Positions 10,150 to 20,315 of a stretch of 64,000 bases of DNA are shown here, piece after piece. Under the pieces are notes generated by a model. The model was not told the DNA's origin, made no database searches, and saw nothing but the letters and a program-made list of their open reading frames with translations. Source of the DNA: Promethearchaeia archaeon (GTDB lineage: Archaea > Asgardarchaeota > Lokiarchaeia > Sigyniarchaeales > SOKP01); assembly GCA_029856155.1 (NCBI GenBank), contig JAHQWL010000075.1, positions 1 to 64,000 on the forward strand. Reading direction: 5' to 3'. The translations under genes and the position numbers were made by a program. Each line of letters starts with the position of its first letter. The first letter of the stretch is position 1.

Positions 10150-10439
10150 TCATCAATAAATTGGAAAAAAAAAACTTAATAGAAGATTTATTAGGATCAC
10201 GAGCTAGAGTTAAAATTCTAAAAACATTAGCAATAAATGAGGAATTGACTATCTCTTTAATTATTAGTAAAACAAGATTAAATTATTCCTGTGTTTTGGG
10301 GCATTTGAATTATCTAAAGATGGTTAATTTAATCCAAGAAAAGAGTTTTGGAAGAATAAAAATCTTTAGATATAAAGTAGAAAATATGAAAGCAAGGAGT
10401 CTAAGAAATTTTATAGAAATTTGGGAAGGAGATTTTTAA
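10146..10439 (+). CDS. Small ArsR-like winged-helix protein coupled to cdc6
   Basis: LGSRARVKILKTL...HLNYLKMVNLIQEKSFGRIKIFRY; overlaps the cdc6 stop by 4 nt. Confidence 0.8.
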   Translation: MIINKLEKKNLIEDLLGSRARVKILKTLAINEELTISLIISKTRLNYSCVLGHLNYLKMVNLIQEKSFGRIKIFRYKVENMKARSLRNFIEIWEGDF

Positions 10440-10443
10440 TAAT

Positions 10444-11111
10444 ATGATCTCTATAGTTATTCTTATAACTGTATTTTTTTTCACTATTACTTTTTCAATT
10501 GTATCATATTTAGATTTAAAATTTCGTAAAATTCCAAATAATCTTTTTAAGTTTGCGTTTACTTTTAGTCTAATTCTTAATATAGGTGAAAGTATTTTAT
10601 ATTTCGACAATTATGTGTTATTTATATTTGGTAAAATTATTTTTTTTTTTTAGCTTTTCTTCCTTCACTTCTATTATTTAATCTAAAAGTAATAGGTGGA
10701 GGTGATGGAAAATTAATAATTTTGATATTTATCACTCATCCCCTAAAATATTTAAATCTAAATTTTGTTACTTCTTACTTTTTATTACTTTCGTTCTTTT
10801 TTATGGCAAAATTTATATTAAATTTTTTTTTAAATAATATACTTAAAGTAAATTCTTCATTTATCACTCTGTTTAATTTAAATTTAAAATATTCAATTTT
10901 TGAGAGATTTTACATTAAGAGTTTTTATAGATTCTTACAATTTTCAAAGTTAAGTGATTATCAGGAAGAGAAAATTAGAGTTAAATCTCTTTTTCTAGTT
11001 TTTAATAATAAAAAAAGATCAATCGAAATATTAGTTCAACTCCGTTCACCATTTATCATAGTAATTATTTTGACTTATTTATCTGTTTGTATAATAAAAA
11101 TAACGTTTTAA
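10444..11111 (+). pseudogene. A24 prepilin peptidase split by a frameshift in a T12 tract (10640-10651); pseudogene, phase-variable gene or assembly error
   Basis: The first frame has SYLDLKFRKIPN (first catalytic Asp). The -1 frame after the T run reads LAFLPSLLLFNLKVIGGGDGKL (GxGD motif) and continues into ORF 10722-11111. Confidence 0.85.
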
Positions 11112-11196
11112 ATAATAAAGATCGGATTAATTTTATATTAAATAATTTTTATTAAATTAATGAATTTTAATAATTTTTTAATGTGAAATATAAAAA

Positions 11197-11592
11197 ATGG
11201 AGATTGAAAAAACAAGAGAAACTTCGTGGAAAATTCAATTAAAAAAAAAAAATGAAATTATTGAAATAACTTCTGTTGAGATTAGTGGTGAAGTCCAAAT
11301 AATCAAACTAGCTCTTATTAATAATGATAATACAGTAAGAGTCGAGATGAACAAAGAAGAATTTTTTAACTTCCTTTCTTTAATTTCCGCTTTTAAGGAC
11401 GTTGTTATCGGAGAAGAGACGCTCATTATTGATGAAGAACTGAAATTGATTGAAAATGAACAACAAGAGATCCAAGAAGAAGTCCCTAAATTAAATGGTA
11501 ATTTATTTCAAATACAGCCTGATACTACAGAAAAAAATATTGAAGACAATGATAATGAAGAATTGAATCCGGAAGAATGGGACCCTTGGTGA
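11197..11592 (+). CDS. Hypothetical protein with an acidic tail ending EEWDPW
   Basis: Clean 131-aa ORF: beta-rich N-terminus and a low-complexity acidic C-terminus. Confidence 0.7.
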   Translation: MEIEKTRETSWKIQLKKKNEIIEITSVEISGEVQIIKLALINNDNTVRVEMNKEEFFNFLSLISAFKDVVIGEETLIIDEELKLIENEQQEIQEEVPKLNGNLFQIQPDTTEKNIEDNDNEELNPEEWDPW

Positions 11593-11601
11593 TGTTTTTA
11601 T

Positions 11602-12090
11602 TTATTTTATTCTTTCTATTTTGTATTCACAGTAATCTAATTTTAATTCTTCTAAACAACATTGAGTTTCAGACACATTTACTCTATAAAGTGCAAATTC
11701 TCCAATACCAGTCAATAATCCCGTCACAAAATAACAGAAATATTTAGATTTGTTTTCCAATTCTGAGGAGATGTTATGAAAAAGATCTATGATTATTAAA
11801 TCCTCAGTAATTTTTTTTGGTTCGAAACGCCCCCATCCATGATTACTCAAAATATTACAGCATTGATTCACTAAATCTTCTAATGTTTTTGATTTTAAAT
11901 ATTCATCCCAATTCTGGATTAATGTCCAACCTGCCTTCTTACCAAGCCAAACTAATAAAGATTTTACCCCCTCTCCATAAATAGATGATAATATATCAAG
12001 TACTTGAGGGGGAAAAAATACAAATCGATCATTATATAGGTGATATTTCCCCTTGTTATACTTAAGCCCCTTCAATTTTAAATTTCTCAT
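11602..12090 (-). CDS. V4R-domain protein (Bet3/TRAPP-related superfamily)
   Basis: LGKKAG...GWGRF...CYFVTGLLTG...ETQC...CEYKI. Confidence 0.8.
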   Translation of the reverse strand: MRNLKLKGLKYNKGKYHLYNDRFVFFPPQVLDILSSIYGEGVKSLLVWLGKKAGWTLIQNWDEYLKSKTLEDLVNQCCNILSNHGWGRFEPKKITEDLIIIDLFHNISSELENKSKYFCYFVTGLLTGIGEFALYRVNVSETQCCLEELKLDYCEYKIERIK

Positions 12091-12261
12091 AATATTAATC
12101 AGCGTTTTTTATTATATAATCTTTTGTAACAATTATAATGTTAATAAAAACCTAGTTTTGCCAAAGATAATAATGTTGTTTAATAACAATATTGTTAAAA
12201 ATTTAATTTGAAATCAGATTATGAGCCCTTTAAATAATTTAAGAATCATATAGTGTAAGAG

Positions 12262-12561
12262 ATGTTAGAGCTCAGCATTTTTTTATTTGAATTTTTATTG
12301 TTTTTTAGTATACTTATATTTATCTTTATATATTCTGCACTTTCTAGTGATATGTTAACAACCTTGATTTCTTTATTAATTTTCCTAATTATATTAGCTC
12401 CTTTTTATTTAATATTAAATAAATTTGAAATTTTTGTATATATTAATAATTTAGAAAACGTTACCTTTTTCAAATTCCTTTTTTTCTATTCTAAACTTAT
12501 AAATGTTTTTATTGGGATATATTTAGTTATAGAACTTTTCTATCTTTTCATTATTTCTTAA
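12262..12561 (+). CDS. Small integral membrane protein
   Basis: About three hydrophobic segments; 99 aa. Confidence 0.6.
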   Translation: MLELSIFLFEFLLFFSILIFIFIYSALSSDMLTTLISLLIFLIILAPFYLILNKFEIFVYINNLENVTFFKFLFFYSKLINVFIGIYLVIELFYLFIIS

Positions 12562-12578
12562 TAAAGCATTATATTACT

Positions 12579-14105
12579 TTAAATGATATTTATTGTATTT
12601 ATAAATGACGAGAGAAACGTTAAAAGGAAAATTAAGTTACAGATTACGATAATTAAAGATTTATTCTGGTATTGAATAATATTCAAGAAATTATTAGAAG
12701 TAATTGATATACTTGAAACAAATACGAAAGAAAGCATAATTATATAGTAATAATTTATTAAATTATTAAAACCAATTGAAATTGTAGGAGTTATTGAATT
12801 TATATTTCTTGTCATTAACACAAAAAAAGGGAACATTCCTGAAATTGCCCCAATTAAGATCGGTAGAAGAAAAATGAAGAAGAAAATTTTAAATTTCTCT
12901 CCTTTTATAATTATATTTAGTTTTTTTTCCAGTTTTTGATGTTTATATACAAGATTTATAATATCAATTATCTTTTCAGAAGATAATTTTGCATTTTCAT
13001 CTACAAATTTCTCGATTGCGTCTAAGATTAAATTATAACGTACAGATTTTAGTTCTAACTTAAAAAATTGGATCATATCACGAAATGAACAATTAAAATT
13101 CAAAAGACGAGTCAATTGATTTTTTAAGGTTTGTTTAAGAATCACGTATTCATTTTTATTCTGGATATATGATTTTAAAAAAGATTTTTCTGGTGAAATA
13201 TTGTTTTTTAAATTCATTGCAAAACTTTCTAAAAACAATAAAAATTCATTAAATTTTTTTTTTTCAACATTTGAGTTATTATTTATAAAACCAATCAAAT
13301 AAGTATTTTTATGTACAAATTTGGAACTTAAAAAATTTAAGAAGTATAAATAGAAAGGAATTAGTAAGATTAGGATTATTAAGTTAATTAATTGAAATAA
13401 AATCAAAAAACATAACCCTATTGGAAAAAATGTTCCAATAAAAAAGATAATACTGATTTTTGATTGAACTTCTCTTAAAAATATTTTATAGTTTTTTTGT
13501 AGCGTATTTTCTTTAAACTCATTAAATTCAGCCCTGAAATCAAAATGATTAACTATCAGATTTTTTAAATAACGATTAAAATCCTTAGAAGGCGTTATTG
13601 TCTTTAATAACTCGTCTTCTGGTGTACTACCTTCATGGATTCTTTTTAATATGTTGTTAAAATCATTTGAAATTGGAATCTTATAGTTTTTAATTAATTT
13701 AATAAAACTGATACAATAATCAGAATTCTTTTTTAACGTGTTATATATTAATGAAAAATCTAACTTGATTAAATATAGTAGAGCATTAATTTCTGATTCT
13801 CTTTTGTTAATTTCATGATAGAGAATGGTATTAAATTTATACGAGAGAGCTAAGGATAAAATAACTGAGTATAAAATTACTACTAAAGGGTTTAATTCTA
13901 CTAAAATTAATGAAAGTAATGCAATTAAGCTAAATGATGATAAAAAGATTATAAAACTTGCCCTATAAATGTTATCTTGATTGATATTATAAAAATTTCT
14001 GTAGAAATAATTATACCTTTCATTTAATGACTTAAATTTCAATTTAGTTAAATTATAGTTCTTGAATTTATTGCAAAATGCGATATATTTTCCAAGATTT
14101 TTCAT
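12579..14105 (-). CDS. Type IV/Tad pilus membrane platform protein (fused TadB/TadC, T2SSF-like)
   Basis: Two repeats of TM pair + helical cytoplasmic domain (EINALLYLI...RIHEGSTPEDEL; FLESFAMNLKNNISPEKSF) + TM. Lies downstream of a secretion ATPase. Confidence 0.7.
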   Translation of the reverse strand: MKNLGKYIAFCNKFKNYNLTKLKFKSLNERYNYFYRNFYNINQDNIYRASFIIFLSSFSLIALLSLILVELNPLVVILYSVILSLALSYKFNTILYHEINKRESEINALLYLIKLDFSLIYNTLKKNSDYCISFIKLIKNYKIPISNDFNNILKRIHEGSTPEDELLKTITPSKDFNRYLKNLIVNHFDFRAEFNEFKENTLQKNYKIFLREVQSKISIIFFIGTFFPIGLCFLILFQLINLIILILLIPFYLYFLNFLSSKFVHKNTYLIGFINNNSNVEKKKFNEFLLFLESFAMNLKNNISPEKSFLKSYIQNKNEYVILKQTLKNQLTRLLNFNCSFRDMIQFFKLELKSVRYNLILDAIEKFVDENAKLSSEKIIDIINLVYKHQKLEKKLNIIIKGEKFKIFFFIFLLPILIGAISGMFPFFVLMTRNINSITPTISIGFNNLINYYYIIMLSFVFVSSISITSNNFLNIIQYQNKSLIIVICNLIFLLTFLSSFINTINII

Positions 14106-14118
14106 TTAATTAACATTT

Positions 14119-14541
14119 TTAGTATAAATTAATAATATTAACTTTTATCAAAATAGACCATCGAGAAATATTTAAAAGATATTCTTTGGGTAGAATTTGG
14201 TGAAATTTACAATTTACAAATGTCTCATTGTATTCTAAAATTTTATTATAAATTTTTTCTTCAATAATAAAATCGTATTTGATAATCTGGTTATAGAAGG
14301 TGATGTTTAAATTATCCGGATATTGTATTTTTTTAAGATACATTTCATCTGTGTTTTGAACAACGTAGTCAATACCCTGGTTAATTTCCTCAAAAACATT
14401 CATGTAGGATTCTAAATTATTCTTTTCAATATAATTAAATTCTGTTAGCCTTCCAAAAAAGGGAATTAATATTGAAGAAAAAATTGTTAGAGTAAAAATC
14501 CCAAACCCAATTAGTAAAGTTTTTTCTATTAGGTTTGTCAT
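14119..14541 (-). CDS. Pilin-like protein without a class III leader peptide
   Basis: N-terminus M-TNLIEKTLLIGFGIF parallels the predicted mature Flp N-terminus GNLIEYALLVGFALF. Lies between the ATPase and platform genes. Confidence 0.6.
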   Translation of the reverse strand: MTNLIEKTLLIGFGIFTLTIFSSILIPFFGRLTEFNYIEKNNLESYMNVFEEINQGIDYVVQNTDEMYLKKIQYPDNLNITFYNQIIKYDFIIEEKIYNKILEYNETFVNCKFHQILPKEYLLNISRWSILIKVNIINLY

Positions 14542-14557
14542 GTAAATGAATATTAAT

Positions 14558-16738
14558 TTAAGGATTTAAACTTCTATTCTTTTTCCATGTATTCCAAAAA
14601 TGTTCTAATTGATCTATAGTTGTTAAGGAATAATATGAAATTTTATGAAAGAAATCAACTAACTCAATATTATTTAATTTTTTATTATGTAATAAAAATT
14701 CGAATATCTGATTGAATATTTTAATGAATGATAAGAACCACTCTCTAGTCAAAGCTATGTATTTAGTTAAATCAACAATCACATTTGTTTCATAAAGGGG
14801 TTTAGTCAACAACCATTCTTCAGTTTCTGGATTATATTTAAAAATCGAATTATAAATTAAATTTCTTGTATCATAGGATTTATTAATTTCAAATACCCCT
14901 ACAACCTTTCTCTTATTAAAATCTTTTTTCATTAAAATAATTAGATCCAGATCATTTAGACATAATCTATTTATATTGAAGTGATAAATAAAACGATTTA
15001 TAAGAGAATCAATATCTTTTGAGTGGATTGTTTGAAACCCCCTTAATCCCGCAGCAAGACAATGAAACATAGCCTCTGCTTCGTCCTTTGTTAGAATCTC
15101 TCCTAAGTAGATAGTATCTGGTGTTCTATGTAAAAGAGTTTTAATTTGATTACTTTTTGAATAATTACTTGATATTGATCCTTCTAAGGAATCTACCTTA
15201 TATTTTAATTGATGTTTACAATAGTCAAATTCATTTAAGGATTCTGTAATGTTTTCAACATATATCTTTCGAAACTCTTTTGGTGTCAATAAATCTAAAG
15301 CATTAATTAGCGTTGTTTTTCCAGTATCAGTTTCCCCTGTAACTGTAATATTTTTTCTACGGATAACATTGAAATACAGAAATGCTGCTATTAATGGATC
15401 TATAGTTCTATTTTTTAGTAAATCTTGTATTGTTAGAATATTTTTGTTTAACTTTCTTATATCTAAAGCAAAATTATTAATTTGAATCGGCTCTACATCG
15501 ATAGAAAATCTACAATAAAAATATTTATTCTTAATAACAAACTTTATACTGGGATTCATAAAATCGAGCCTCTGACCACTATACAATCTAATTAATGTTT
15601 TAATTCTTTCGATCTCTTTAGAATTAAATCGTATTTGTGTTCGACATCGGCCATAGGTTTGATGATTTATGTAAATTTCATCTTTAGGTGAATCTAGGAA
15701 TATTTCTTCAATAAAATCATCAATTAATAAGGGAAATAATTTTTCTAAGTTTAATTTTTTTAAGACTGTAATAAAACCTATCTTTTTATTTACAGATTTT
15801 GGTAACTTAAATTTTGAATTTAAAAATTTTCGCGCTTCTCTATTATACATCTTTATTAAACTTTCTAAAGAAATTAGTTGATCGAATTCAGCTATTTCTA
15901 TATTTTGATGAAGAGATTGACTTATTTTTTCGAAGTAATCCTCTTGTTGTTCTCCTTTATAGAAGAAATCGACTTTGTAATTTTTTTCAATTTCATACGA
16001 GTTTTCATAAATTTTTACCTTAAAAACACCATATTTTCCAGTATTATACGACTTTAATACTTTTTTTTCATTGAATAAGCTTCCAATTTGGTGTTTTTCA
16101 ATGGAATTAGATACAAATCTTTTTCCCAAAAAGAAATATTGATAAAAATTGTTAATAGTTTTAGAATTTCCGCTTTCTTTTTGAAAATCTTTAAATTTTT
16201 GTATTATATTCAAATTATTTAGAAGTCTTAGGACATAATTTTCTGATGTTTTAATAGAATTAATACAATTTTGACAAATTGAATCATAATTACCATTTTT
16301 CTTCAAATAAGAAACTCTATTTTTAAAGTTGATATAAATTAAAATCGGATTATATAATTCGTATTCCTTTATTTTATGGAGAGAAAAAAAATTCGGTAGA
16401 CTCTTACACTTAAATTCTTTATATTTACATTTTTCATCTCTAATCTTTTTGATTTTGTAATTTACTCTCTTAATTTTTTTTAAAATCTTGAAATAATCTA
16501 AAAATAAATTGAATTGATCAGCATTAACTAAAATCTCATTACATAATATTAAGAGAAAGTCAAATTTTCTATCTCGATATTTATATAAAACGTTTAAAAA
16601 ACAATATATGCATTTTTCGGATTTAAAGAAATCATTTTCGTTATGAGGGCAATTATAACAATCTAAAACCAAAAATAGATCTTTTTTACCTTCCAAACTA
16701 TCTTTTTCTGAAAAATAAGTTAGATCTTTCAAAGCCAT
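14558..16738 (-). CDS. Type II/IV secretion (TadA/CpaF/VirB11/FlaI-like) ATPase with a Cys-rich N-terminal extension
   Basis: PLLIDDFIEEIFLDS, LDIRK, Walker A GETDTGKTT, Asp box IYVEN, RTPDTIYLGEI, His box GFQTIH. Confidence 0.9.
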   Translation of the reverse strand: MALKDLTYFSEKDSLEGKKDLFLVLDCYNCPHNENDFFKSEKCIYCFLNVLYKYRDRKFDFLLILCNEILVNADQFNLFLDYFKILKKIKRVNYKIKKIRDEKCKYKEFKCKSLPNFFSLHKIKEYELYNPILIYINFKNRVSYLKKNGNYDSICQNCINSIKTSENYVLRLLNNLNIIQKFKDFQKESGNSKTINNFYQYFFLGKRFVSNSIEKHQIGSLFNEKKVLKSYNTGKYGVFKVKIYENSYEIEKNYKVDFFYKGEQQEDYFEKISQSLHQNIEIAEFDQLISLESLIKMYNREARKFLNSKFKLPKSVNKKIGFITVLKKLNLEKLFPLLIDDFIEEIFLDSPKDEIYINHQTYGRCRTQIRFNSKEIERIKTLIRLYSGQRLDFMNPSIKFVIKNKYFYCRFSIDVEPIQINNFALDIRKLNKNILTIQDLLKNRTIDPLIAAFLYFNVIRRKNITVTGETDTGKTTLINALDLLTPKEFRKIYVENITESLNEFDYCKHQLKYKVDSLEGSISSNYSKSNQIKTLLHRTPDTIYLGEILTKDEAEAMFHCLAAGLRGFQTIHSKDIDSLINRFIYHFNINRLCLNDLDLIILMKKDFNKRKVVGVFEINKSYDTRNLIYNSIFKYNPETEEWLLTKPLYETNVIVDLTKYIALTREWFLSFIKIFNQIFEFLLHNKKLNNIELVDFFHKISYYSLTTIDQLEHFWNTWKKNRSLNP

Positions 16739-16870
16739 TTAAACATTTTTTATAAAGAAGAATTTAAATAACCCACTTTTATCTCTAAGGAAATATTAGT
16801 AAATAAAAATCTAAATGAAAAAATTTATTTATTTTAAAAAATTTATTTCCAAAAGTTAATGTGATAAAGG

Positions 16871-17890
16871 ATGGGTCATCGTAAGAAACACGCCCCAAGA
16901 CATGGGTCACTAGCATTTCTTCCTAGAAAGAGAGCAACGCAAATAAAAGGTCGAGTAAGACATTGGTTAGATAGCTCAGATGAGATTAATTTTCTTGGTT
17001 TTGCTGGATTTAAAGCGGGAATGACTCATATAACCTATATTGAAGATCAAAGAAATAGTCCCTATTATGGAAAAGAATTGATGAAGCCAGTAACAGTTAT
17101 TGAAGTCCCTCCATTAATCCTGATAGGGATAAGAGTCTATAATGAAGATGATTATGGTAAATATATTGTTGGAGAACTATATACTCTTGAATTTAATAAT
17201 TATTTATCTAGGAAAATAAATCCTCCAAATTTAGATAATTATGACCCTAAAGTGTCTAAAAATGAAATTCTAAAAGTTTTGAATACGAAAAGTGAAGTTC
17301 GAGGTATTTTTCAAACACAACCGTATCATACATCATTACCTAGAAAAAAACCAGATATTATTGAAGTAAAAATTAATTCAATAAACAAACCTAAGGACGA
17401 ATTTAATTTCGCTTATAAAAATTTGGGTAAAGAAATAAGAGCACGAGATGTTTTAACTGAGGGTGAGTTAGTAGATGTGGTTAGTATTACCAAAGGAAAA
17501 GGTTTCCAAGGTCCTGTTAAAAGATTTGGAATTAAAATTCTAACTCGCAAAAATAGTAAAATAAAGAGAGCTGTTGCATGTATTGGTCCGTGGCATCCCG
17601 CTAGAGTTCTTTACACAGTCCCACGTGCTGGACAATTAGGATTTCACCAAAGAACAGAATATCATAAAAGAATTATGGTAATTGGGGAAAATGAAGAAGA
17701 GATTAACCCAAAAGGGGGTTTTATAAGATATGGGAAAATCCGAGGAGATTACATATTGATTTTAGGGTCTATTCCTGGATCTAAAAAAAGATTAATTAGA
17801 TTAAGAAAAACTATCAGACCATTAAGATCTTTTGTTGTCAATACTCCTGAAATTACATTTATTAGCCGAGAGAGTCAACAAAGAAGGTAA
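16871..17890 (+). CDS. rpl3: 50S ribosomal protein uL3
   Basis: HAPRHGSLAFLPRKRA, GFKAGMTH, TKGKGFQGPVKRFG, GQLGFHQRTEY. Confidence 0.98.
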   Translation: MGHRKKHAPRHGSLAFLPRKRATQIKGRVRHWLDSSDEINFLGFAGFKAGMTHITYIEDQRNSPYYGKELMKPVTVIEVPPLILIGIRVYNEDDYGKYIVGELYTLEFNNYLSRKINPPNLDNYDPKVSKNEILKVLNTKSEVRGIFQTQPYHTSLPRKKPDIIEVKINSINKPKDEFNFAYKNLGKEIRARDVLTEGELVDVVSITKGKGFQGPVKRFGIKILTRKNSKIKRAVACIGPWHPARVLYTVPRAGQLGFHQRTEYHKRIMVIGENEEEINPKGGFIRYGKIRGDYILILGSIPGSKKRLIRLRKTIRPLRSFVVNTPEITFISRESQQRR

Positions 17891-17912
17891 TTTTATACAA
17901 TTTGGTGATATA

Positions 17913-18701
17913 GTGGATAAAGTCAATGTTTATAATTTGGATGGCAAGAAAAAAGGACTTATTGATAAACCGAAAATTTTTGATGTAAAACCAAGAATGG
18001 ATCTTATTCAGATGGCAAGTGCATCCGCTCAAAGTAAAAATAAGCAGGTTCAAGGAAGAGATAAGAGAGCAGGGTTAAGAAATACTGCCGAGGGTTGGGG
18101 AACCGGACACGGGATGTCTAGAGCCCCCAGAATAAAAGGTAGTGGATTTATTACGGCAAGACAGGTAGGACGAGTTCCTTTTGCTAAGGGGGGTCGAAGA
18201 ACACACCCAATAAAAACAGAAAAAAAGATTAAAAAAAAAATTAACAAGCGGATCAATAAACAATCAATAGTTTCTGCTATTTCTGCATCTGGTGATAAAT
18301 CTTGGGTTCAAAAGGGCGGATTTATTATTGAAAATGTACCTGAAATCCCTTTAGTTGTCGATGATAAAATCCAAACAATTAAAAAAACCACAAAAATTTA
18401 TTCAATATTATGCAATTTGGGATTAAAAAAGGATTTAATTAAAATTAAGAAAAGTAGAAAGATCAGATCAGGAAAAGGAAAATCAAGAGGTCGAAAGTAT
18501 AAAAAAAAAAAGGGAATCTTAATCGTAATTAAAGATGATTACGGAATTATTAAGTCCTCAAGAAATATTCCGGGAACAAGTGTTGTTAGAGTTGAGAATT
18601 TATCAATTAAAACATTAACACCCGGTGGTACATCTGGTAGATTGATTCTTTGGACTCAATCTGCTTTCAATGAATTAAATAATTATGAGGTGTTAATCTA
18701 A
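17913..18701 (+). CDS. rpl4: 50S ribosomal protein uL4 (start moved to GTG 17913, after GGTGA)
   Basis: WGTGHGMSRAPR, GGRRTHP, RSGKGKSRGRKY, PGG...GRLILWT. Confidence 0.96.
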   Translation: MDKVNVYNLDGKKKGLIDKPKIFDVKPRMDLIQMASASAQSKNKQVQGRDKRAGLRNTAEGWGTGHGMSRAPRIKGSGFITARQVGRVPFAKGGRRTHPIKTEKKIKKKINKRINKQSIVSAISASGDKSWVQKGGFIIENVPEIPLVVDDKIQTIKKTTKIYSILCNLGLKKDLIKIKKSRKIRSGKGKSRGRKYKKKKGILIVIKDDYGIIKSSRNIPGTSVVRVENLSIKTLTPGGTSGRLILWTQSAFNELNNYEVLI

Positions 18702-18965
18702 ATGGAAATATTCTATAAATTTATTAAAAAACCGTTAATTACTGAAAAAACTTTTGATTTAATCGAAAAGGAGAATAAACTAGTGTTTATAGTAAATAGA
18801 CAAGCAAATAAAAATCAAATCAAAAGAGCTATTGAAAAATTACATAATGTAAAAATAATAAAAGTTAATACTATGATTACTCCAAAAGGAGAGAAAAAAG
18901 CTTTTGTAAAGCTACACCCCGAATATTCCGCTCAAGATATTGCCATTGATTTAGGTATTTTTTAG
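18702..18965 (+). CDS. rpl23: 50S ribosomal protein uL23
   Basis: PLITEK...ENKLVFIV...[18 protein letters not shown]. Confidence 0.97.
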   Translation: MEIFYKFIKKPLITEKTFDLIEKENKLVFIVNRQANKNQIKRAIEKLHNVKIIKVNTMITPKGEKKAFVKLHPEYSAQDIAIDLGIF

Positions 18966-20084
18966 CTAATGGTTTCTTTTAAATTCTTGACAATTAAATT
19001 TTTGTATGTCTTTTGGATGTACTATTTTAATATTTTCCATTACTTTTATTGATTCAGCTTCTAATAGTTTCTTATGTCCCAATTCATTTAATATTAGAAT
19101 ATAAATAATATATTTTGGATAATATTTTTTTAGGATTCTTAGAATATATTTCGAATCTAAATCTTCTAATATAATAAATAAATAACTGTTTTCAATAAAC
19201 ATTAGGTTATCAGCTAGTCTTACATATTCAATTTCATTATTTAATAGGTTTTGTTCAAATTTCTTATTGATTTCTGATAAATTTAATGACGTAGAATAAT
19301 TTTTAGGAAAAAAAAGATCTAAAAAATTGTTTAAAAAATAAAAACTGTCGTTTATTTCTAATCTCCAAAGATAATTAAAAATTGTCCTAATTTTAATATC
19401 TTGTTTCTTAATTAAATCACTTTGAAAAAAGTCATTAATATTATCCTCAAGATCAATGGCGGTCTCAACATTTTCACATTCTTCGACAAAGTAAGATGAT
19501 ATTTTTATATTATCATTATGATCTGTTTTAAAATTAATTATTAAAAATCCTTTACTCCCAAGATTGTTTATTAGCTTTAAGAAGTCTAATATGAATGATT
19601 CCTTTTTTTTAATAAAATCGAAATTAATAAGAAAAAAATTAAAAACCTTTGAATTATTGTCATTTGAAATTTTTATAGATTCAGATAATTTGGTGATAAA
19701 TGAATTAGAATTTATTTCTTGAGAGAGATTAGATAAAAATTGAGCCTCCAAATCTTTTTCTTTTAAAAATTTAGCAGAATTATGAATTTCAAATATCGTT
19801 TGTTGGATAAAATTAAAGGATTTGATTATTCGTTCTTTTTTAGAATCTTCAAAGTTTAAAAATAATAATTTTTCACAGTTTTCATTAGTGTTTATTTGGA
19901 TAGCGTAATATTGAATTATTCTTTTTCTTAGAAATTCATTTAAAACAGATAAAAATGATTTAGAATTTTTATAAACAAGTATGGCGAACGCAATGATTTT
20001 ATCATTTTTTGTTATACTTTTATAGTAAATAAGGTGATTTTCAATCAAATAGTTAAATAGTTTAAACTTTCCCTTTTTAACCAT
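18966..20084 (-). CDS. Hypothetical protein
   Basis: 372-aa ORF whose stop abuts the rpl23 stop; no recognisable motif. Confidence 0.65.
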   Translation of the reverse strand: MVKKGKFKLFNYLIENHLIYYKSITKNDKIIAFAILVYKNSKSFLSVLNEFLRKRIIQYYAIQINTNENCEKLLFLNFEDSKKERIIKSFNFIQQTIFEIHNSAKFLKEKDLEAQFLSNLSQEINSNSFITKLSESIKISNDNNSKVFNFFLINFDFIKKKESFILDFLKLINNLGSKGFLIINFKTDHNDNIKISSYFVEECENVETAIDLEDNINDFFQSDLIKKQDIKIRTIFNYLWRLEINDSFYFLNNFLDLFFPKNYSTSLNLSEINKKFEQNLLNNEIEYVRLADNLMFIENSYLFIILEDLDSKYILRILKKYYPKYIIYILILNELGHKKLLEAESIKVMENIKIVHPKDIQKFNCQEFKRNH

Positions 20085-20315
20085 ATTATTAATAATTTTA
20101 ACAAGAATTATAAAAACTGAAATTTTTTATTAATTATTCCAATTATTATAAATTCATTAACTTCAACCTATTGTAATAATTTTTTTGAAATAAAAATATA
20201 TTAAAACAACTAAATAAGCAGTCTTAACTTTAATCTGATTGTAATCATTCTATACGTTAATGTTAAAACAAAACTTAAAAATCACTTCTATGTTATAATA
20301 AATTAATTTTTAATT

